Shown here piece by piece: positions 56,956 through 64,000 of a stretch of DNA of 64,000 nucleotides. The notes below the pieces were generated by a model that worked only from the letters and a program-made list of their open reading frames with translations, was not told the DNA's origin and did not search any database. How positions within the stretch are numbered: position 1 is the first letter of the stretch; every line of letters begins with the position of its first letter. Source of the DNA: Eledone cirrhosa (Eukaryota). The translations under genes were made by a program, and so were the position numbers. The stretch lies in the NCBI GenBank assembly GCA_964016885.1, contig OZ024740.1, positions 69,440,001 to 69,504,000 of the forward strand, given 5' to 3'.

Positions 56956-57061
<106 letters not shown>

Positions 57062-57111
57062 CATATATATACACATACACACACATAGACACATATACAC
57101 ACAGACATATG

Positions 57112-57143
<32 letters not shown>

Positions 57144-57168
57144 CAAATATATATATATATATACAAAT

Positions 57169-57223
<55 letters not shown>

Positions 57224-57225
57224 TA

Positions 57226-57268
<43 letters not shown>

Positions 57269-57273
<5 letters not shown>

Positions 57274-60200
57274 CAAATAACGAAACGAAATTAAATTGTA
57301 TGTAAACACACAGACAAACCGGTTTTTAGAGTCATACTGGTTTTCGAGGAAACACCTTTCCTCTATTCTCCAGAAAGCCAGACAGGAATATTGGACTAGT
57401 TTCGATGTTGTTACATCTCATCAGCAATATTTACCTATTCCGGCCTCTCTAGAGAATCGTAAAAGCACATATCGTTATATGCTTTTTCTATGAAAATTAG
57501 TAGTGGGCAGACTAATTTGCATAGAGCGTGAGTACGTACCGGTTCAGCGGAGACGATAAAAACAAATAACGAAACGAAATTAAATTTCGCTTCGTTTGTA
57601 ACTCACTTTTGTATGACTGACGCTTAAACAATTAAGATAAAAATGTACATCCACATATGTATACTGAAATATTAGTATGCATATGAATACACACACGTGT
57701 ACATATGTAGATGTACCGAGTTTTTCACTGGACACTTTACTGTGAGTGTTCAGCTATTCTGTATGTAAACACACAGACAAACCGGTTTTTAGAGTCATAC
57801 TGGTTTTCGAGGAAACACCTTTCCTCTATTCTCCAGAAAGCCAGACATGAATATTGGACTAGTTTCGATGTTGTTACATCTCATCAGCAATATTTACCTA
57901 TTCCGGCCTCTCTAGAGAATCGTAAAAGCACATATCGTTATATGCTTTTTCTATGAAAATTAGTAGTGGGCAGACTAATTTGCATAGAGCGTGAGTACGT
58001 ACCGGTTCAGCGGAGACGATACAAACAAATAACGAAACGAAATTAAATTTCGCTTCATTTGTAACTCACTTTTGTATGACTGACGCTTAAACAATTAAGT
58101 GAAAAATGTACATCCACATATGTATACTGAAATATTAGTATGCATATGAATACACACACGTGTACATATGTAGATGTACCGAGTTTTTCACTGGACACTT
58201 TACTGTGAGTGTTCAGCTATTCTGTATGTAAACACACAGACAAACCGGTTTTTAGAGTCATACTGGTTTTCGAGGAAACACCTTTCCTCTATTCTCCAGA
58301 AAGCCAGACAGGAACATTGGACTAGTTTCGATGTTGTTACATCTCATCAGCAATATTTACCTATTCCGGCCTCTCTAGAGAATCGTAAAAGCACATATCG
58401 TTATATGCTTTTTCTATGAAAATTAGTAGTGGGCAGACTAATTTGCATAGAGCGTGAGTACGTACCGGTTCAGCGGAGACGATAAAAACAAGTAACGAAA
58501 CGAAATTAAATTTCGCTTCGTTTGTAACTCACTTTTGTATGACTGACGCTTAAACAATTAAGTTAAAAATGTACATCCACATATGTATACTGAAATATTA
58601 GTATGCATATGAATACACACACGTGTACATATGTAGATGTACCGAGTTTTTCACTGGACACTTTACTGTGATTGTTCAGCTATTCTGTATGTAAACACAC
58701 AGACAAACCGGTTTTTAGAGTCATACTGGTTTTCGAGGAAACACCTTTCCTCTATTCTCCAGAAAGCCAGACAGGAATATTGGACTAGTTTCGATGATGT
58801 TACATCTCATTAGCAATATTTACCTATTCCGGCCTCTCTAGAGAATCGTAAAAGCACATATCGTTATATGCTTTTTCTATGAAAATTAGTAGTGGACAGA
58901 CTAATTTGCATAGAGCGTGAGTACGTACCGGTTCAGCGGAGACGATAAAAACAAATAACGAAACGAAATTAAATTTCGCTTCGTTTGTAATTCACTTTTG
59001 TATGACTGACGCTTAAACAATTAAGTTAAAAATGTACATTCACATATGTATACTGAAATATTAGTATGCATATGAATACACACACGTGTACATATGTAGA
59101 TGTACCGAGTTTTTCACTGGACACTTTACTGTGAGTGTTCAGCTATTCTGTATGTAAACACACAGACAAACCGGTTTTTAGAGTCATACTGGTTTTCGAG
59201 GAAACACCTTTCCTCTATTCTCCAGAAAGCCAGACAGGAATATTGGACTAGTTTCGATGTTGTTACATCTCATCAGCAATATTTACCTATTCCGGCCTCT
59301 CTAGAGAATCGTAAAAGCACATATCGTTATATGCTTTTTCTATGAAAATTAGTAGTGGGCAGACTAATTTGCATAGAGCGTGAGTACGTACCGGTTCAGC
59401 GGAGACGATAAAAACAAATAACGAAACGAAATTGAATTTCGCTTCGTTTGTAACTCACTTTTGTATGACTGACGCTTAAACAATTAAGTTAAAAATGTAC
59501 ATCCACATATGTATACTGAAATATTAGTATGCATATGAATACACACACGTGTACATATGTAGATGTACCGAGTTTTTCACTGGACACTTTACTGTGAGCG
59601 TTCAGCTATTCTGTATGTAAACACACAGACAAACCGGTTTTTAGAGTCATACTGGTTTTCGAGGAAACACCTTTCCTCTATTCTCCAGAAAGCCAGACAG
59701 GAATATTGGACTAGTTTCGATGTTGTTACATCTCATCAGCAATATTTACCTATTCCGGCGTCTCTAGAGAATCGTAAAAGCACATATCGTTATATGCTTT
59801 TTCTATGAAAATTAGTAGTGGGCAGACTAATTTGCATAGAGCGTGAGTACGTACCGGTTCAGCGGAGACGATAAAAACAAATAACGAAACGAAATTAAAT
59901 TTCGCTTCGTTTGTAACTCACTTTTGTATGACTGACGCTTAAACAATTAAGTTAAAAATGTACATCCACATATGTATACTGAAATATTAGTATGCATATG
60001 AATACACACACGTGTACATATGTAGATGTACCGAGTTTTTCACTGGACACTTTACTGTGAGTGTTCAGCTATTCTGTATGTAAACACACAGACAAACCGG
60101 TTTTTAGAGTCATACTGGTTTTCGAGGAAACACCTTTCCTCTATTCTCCAGAAAGCCAGACAGGAATATTGGACTAGTTTCGATGTTGTTACATCTCATC

Positions 60201-63200
60201 AGCAATATTTACCTATTCCGGCCTCTCTAGAGAATCGTAAAAGCACATATCGTTATATGCTTTTTCTATGAAAATTAGTAGTGGGCAGACTAATTTGCAT
60301 AGAGCGTGAGTACGTACCGGTTCAGCGGAGACGATAAAAACAAATAACGAAACGAAATTAAATTTCGCTTCGTTTGTAACTCACTTTGTATGACTGACGC
60401 TTAAACAATTAAGTTAAAAATGTACATCCACATATGTATACTGAAATATTAGTATGCATATGAATACACACACGTGTACATATGTAGATGTACCGAGTTT
60501 TTCACTGGACACTTTACTGTGAGTGTTCAGCTATTCTGTATGTAAACACACAGACAAACCGGTTTTTAGAGTCATACTGGTTTTCGAGGAAACACCTTTC
60601 CTCTATTCTCCAGAAAGCCAGACATGAATATTGGACTAGTTTCGATGTTGTTACATCTCATCAGCAATATTTACCTATTCCGGCCTCTCTAGAGAATCGT
60701 AAAAGCACATATCGTTATATGCTTTTTCTATGAAAATTAGTAGTGGGCAGACTAACTTGCATAGAGCGTGAGTACATACCGGTTCAGCGGAGACGATAAA
60801 AGCAAATAACGAAACGAAATTAAATTTCGCTTCGTTTGTAACTCACTTTTGTATGACTGACGCTTAAACAATTAAGTTAAAAATGTACATCCACATGTGT
60901 ATACTGAAATATTAGTATGCATATGAATACACACACGTGTACATATGTAGATGTACCGAGTTTTTCACTGGACACTTTACTGTGAGTGTTCAGCTATTCT
61001 GTATGTAAGCACACAGACAAACCGGTTTTTAGAGTCATACTGGTTTTCGAGGAAACACCTTTCCTCTATTCTCCAGAAAGCCAGACAGGAATATTGGACT
61101 AGTTTCGATGTTGTTACATCTCATCAGCAATATTTACCTATTCCGGCCTCTCTAGAGAATCGTAAAAGCACATATCGTTATATGCTTTTTCTATGAAAAT
61201 TAGTAGTGGGCAGACTAATTTGCATAGAGCGTGAGTACGTACCGGTTCAGCGGAGACGATAAAAACAAATAACGAAACGAAATTAAATTTCGCTTCGTTT
61301 GTAACTCACTTTTGTATGACTGACGCTTAAACAATTAAGTTAAAAATGTACATCCACATATGTATACTGAAATATTAGTATGCATATGAATACACACACG
61401 TGTACATATGTAGATGTACCGAGTTTTTCACTGGACACTTTACTGTGATTGTTCAGCTATTCTGTATGTAAACACACAGACAAACCGGTTTTTAGAGTCA
61501 TACTGGTTTTCGAGGAAACACCTTTCCTCTATTCTCCAGAAAGCCAGACAGGAATATTGGACTAGTTTCGATGATGTTACATCTCATTAGCAATATTTAC
61601 CTATTCCGGCCTTTCTAGAGAATCGTAAAAGCACATATCGTTATATGCTTTTTCTATGAAAATTAGTAGTGGACAGACTAATTTGCATAGAGCGTGAGTA
61701 CGTACCGGTTCAGCGGAGACGATAAAAAAAAATAACGAAACGAAATTAAATTTCGCTTCGTTTGTAACTCACTTTTGTATGACTGACGCTTTAACAATTA
61801 AGTTAAAAATGTACATCCACATATGTATACTGAAATATTAGTATGCATATGAATACACACACGTGTACATATGTAGATGTACCGAGTTTTTCACTGGACA
61901 CTTTACTGTGAGTGTTCAGCTATTCTGTATGTAAACACACAGACAAACCGGTTTTTAGAGTCATACTGGTTTTCGAGGAAACACCTTTCCTCTATTCTCC
62001 AGAAAGCCAGACAGGAATATTGGACTAGTTTCGATGTTGTTACATCTCATCAGCAATATTTACCTATTCCGGCCTCTCTAGAGAATCGTAAAAGCACATA
62101 TCGTTATATGCTTTTTCTATGAAAATTAGTAGTGGGCAGACTAATTTGCATAGAGCGTGAGTACGTACCGGTTCAGCGGAGACGATAAAAACAAATAACG
62201 AAACGAAATTGAATTTCGCTTCGTTTGTAACTCACTTTTGTATGACTGACGCTTAACCAATTAAGTTAAAAATGTACATCCACATATGTATACTGAAATA
62301 TTAGTATGCATATGAATACACACACGTGTACATATGTAGATGTACCGAGTTTTTCACTGGACACTTTACTGTGAGTGTTCAGCTATTCTGTATGTAAACA
62401 CACAGACAATCCGGTTTTTAGAGTCATACTGGTTTTCTAGGAAACACCTTTCCTCTATTCTCCAGAAAGCCAGACAGCAATATTGGACTAGTTTCGATGT
62501 TGTTACATCTCATCAGCAATATTTACCTATTCCGGCCTCTCTAGAGAATCGTAAAAGCACATATCGTTATATGCTTTTTCTATGAAAATTAGTAGTGGGC
62601 AGACTAATTTGCATAGAGCGTGAGTACGTACCGGTTCAGCGGAGACGATAAAAACAAATAACGAAACGAAATTAAATTTCGCTTCGTTTGTAACTCACTT
62701 TTGTATGACTGACGCTTAAACAATTAAGTTAAAAATGTACATCCACATATGTATACTGAAATATTAGTATGCATATGAATACACACACGTGTACATATGT
62801 AGATGTACCGAGTTTTTCACTGGACACTTTACTGTGAGTGTTCAGCTATTCTGTATGTAAACACACAGACAAACCGGTTTTTAGAGTCATACTGGTTTTC
62901 GAGGAAACACCTTACCTCTATTCTCCAGAAAGCCAGACAGGAATATTGGACTAGTTTCGATGTTGTTACATCTCATCAGCAATATTTACCTATTCCGGCC
63001 TCTCTAGAGATTCGTAAAAGCACATATCGTTATATGCTTTTTCTATGAAAATTAGTAGTGGGCAGACTAATTTGCATAGAGCGTGAGTACGTACCGGTTC
63101 AGCGGAGAGGATAAAAACAAATAACGAAACGAAATTAAATTTCGCTTCGTTTGTAACTCACTTTTGTATGACTGACGCTTAAACAATTAAGTTAAAAATG

Positions 63201-64000
63201 TACATCCACATATGTATACTGAAATATTAGTATGCATATGAATACACACACGTGTACATATGTAGATGTACCGAGTTTTTCACTGGACACTTTACTGTGA
63301 GTGTTCAGCTATTCTGTATGTAAACACACAGACAAACCGGTTTTTAGAGTCATACTGGTTTTCGAGGAAACACCTTTCCTCTATTCTCCAGAAAGCCAGA
63401 CAGGTATATTGGACTAGTTTCGATGTTGTTACATCTCATCAGCAATATTTACCTATTCCGGCCTCTCTAGAGAATCGTAAAAGCACATATCGTTATATGC
63501 TTTTTCTATGAAAATTAGTAGTGGACAGACTAATTTGCATAGAGCGTGAGTACGTACCGGTTCAGCGGAGACGATAAAAACAAATAACGTAACGAAATTA
63601 AATTTCGCTTCGTTTGTAACTCACTTTTGTATGACTGACGCTTAAACAATTAAGTTAAAAATGTACATCCACATATGTATACTGAAATATTAGTATGCAT
63701 ATGAATACACACACGTGTACATATGTAGATGTACCGAGTTTTTCACTGGACACTTTACTGTGAGTGTTCAGCTATTCTGTATGTAAACACACAGACAAAC
63801 CGGTTTTTAGAGTCATACTGGTTTTCGAGGAAACACCTTACCTCTATTCTCCAGAAAGCCAGACAGGAATATTGGACTAGTTTCGATGTTGTTACATCTC
63901 ATCAGCAATATTTACCTATTCCGGCCTCTCTAGAGATTCGTAAAAGCACATATCGTTATATGCTTTTTCTATGAAAATTAGTAGTGGGCAGACTAATTTG
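57269..64000 (-). repeat. 463-bp tandem array with 15 hammerhead copies visible; runs off the window end; subfamily of the 468-bp repeat
   Basis: Period 463 (one unit 462). Clearly homologous to 1068-3816 with fixed differences. Confidence 0.95.
57387..57431 (-). ncRNA. Minimal type I hammerhead ribozyme; copies about every 463 bp up to 63868-63912
   Basis: AAUAUUG-CUGAUGA-GAUGU aaca ACAUC-GAAA-CUAG-UC-CAAUAUU. Confidence 0.92.

Noticed and set aside
57296-63974. Repeated 81-85 aa ORFs in the arrays (also 1182-3571)
   Set aside because: By-products of the tandem unit. Frames differ between the two subfamilies because of indels, some units have stops, and no domain is recognisable.
57269-64000. 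CRISPR-like array
   Set aside because: Whole units are repeated with no unique spacers; eukaryotic context; no cas genes.

Overview
AT-rich, microsatellite-dense animal genomic DNA; the SINE and repeat content suggests a cephalopod (Octopus-like), which is inference. I found no convincing host gene; nearly everything recognisable is mobile DNA. It holds a Tx1/L1-type LINE with intact ORF1 and frameshifted ORF2, three coding Penelope-like element (PLE) remnants plus several non-coding fold-back or partial-tandem PLE ends, RTE fragments, a mariner, a MITE and many tRNA-derived SINEs. The main hidden signal is RNA-level. The two 'satellite' arrays (468-bp unit at 1068-3816; 463-bp unit at 57269-64000) carry one minimal type I hammerhead ribozyme per unit, with compensatory base changes between the arrays, so they look like retrozyme-like arrays. 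At least six further hammerhead families sit in PLE termini across the window, two of them with the U3-A8 core variant. All motifs were read by eye; coordinates of degenerate elements are approximate.
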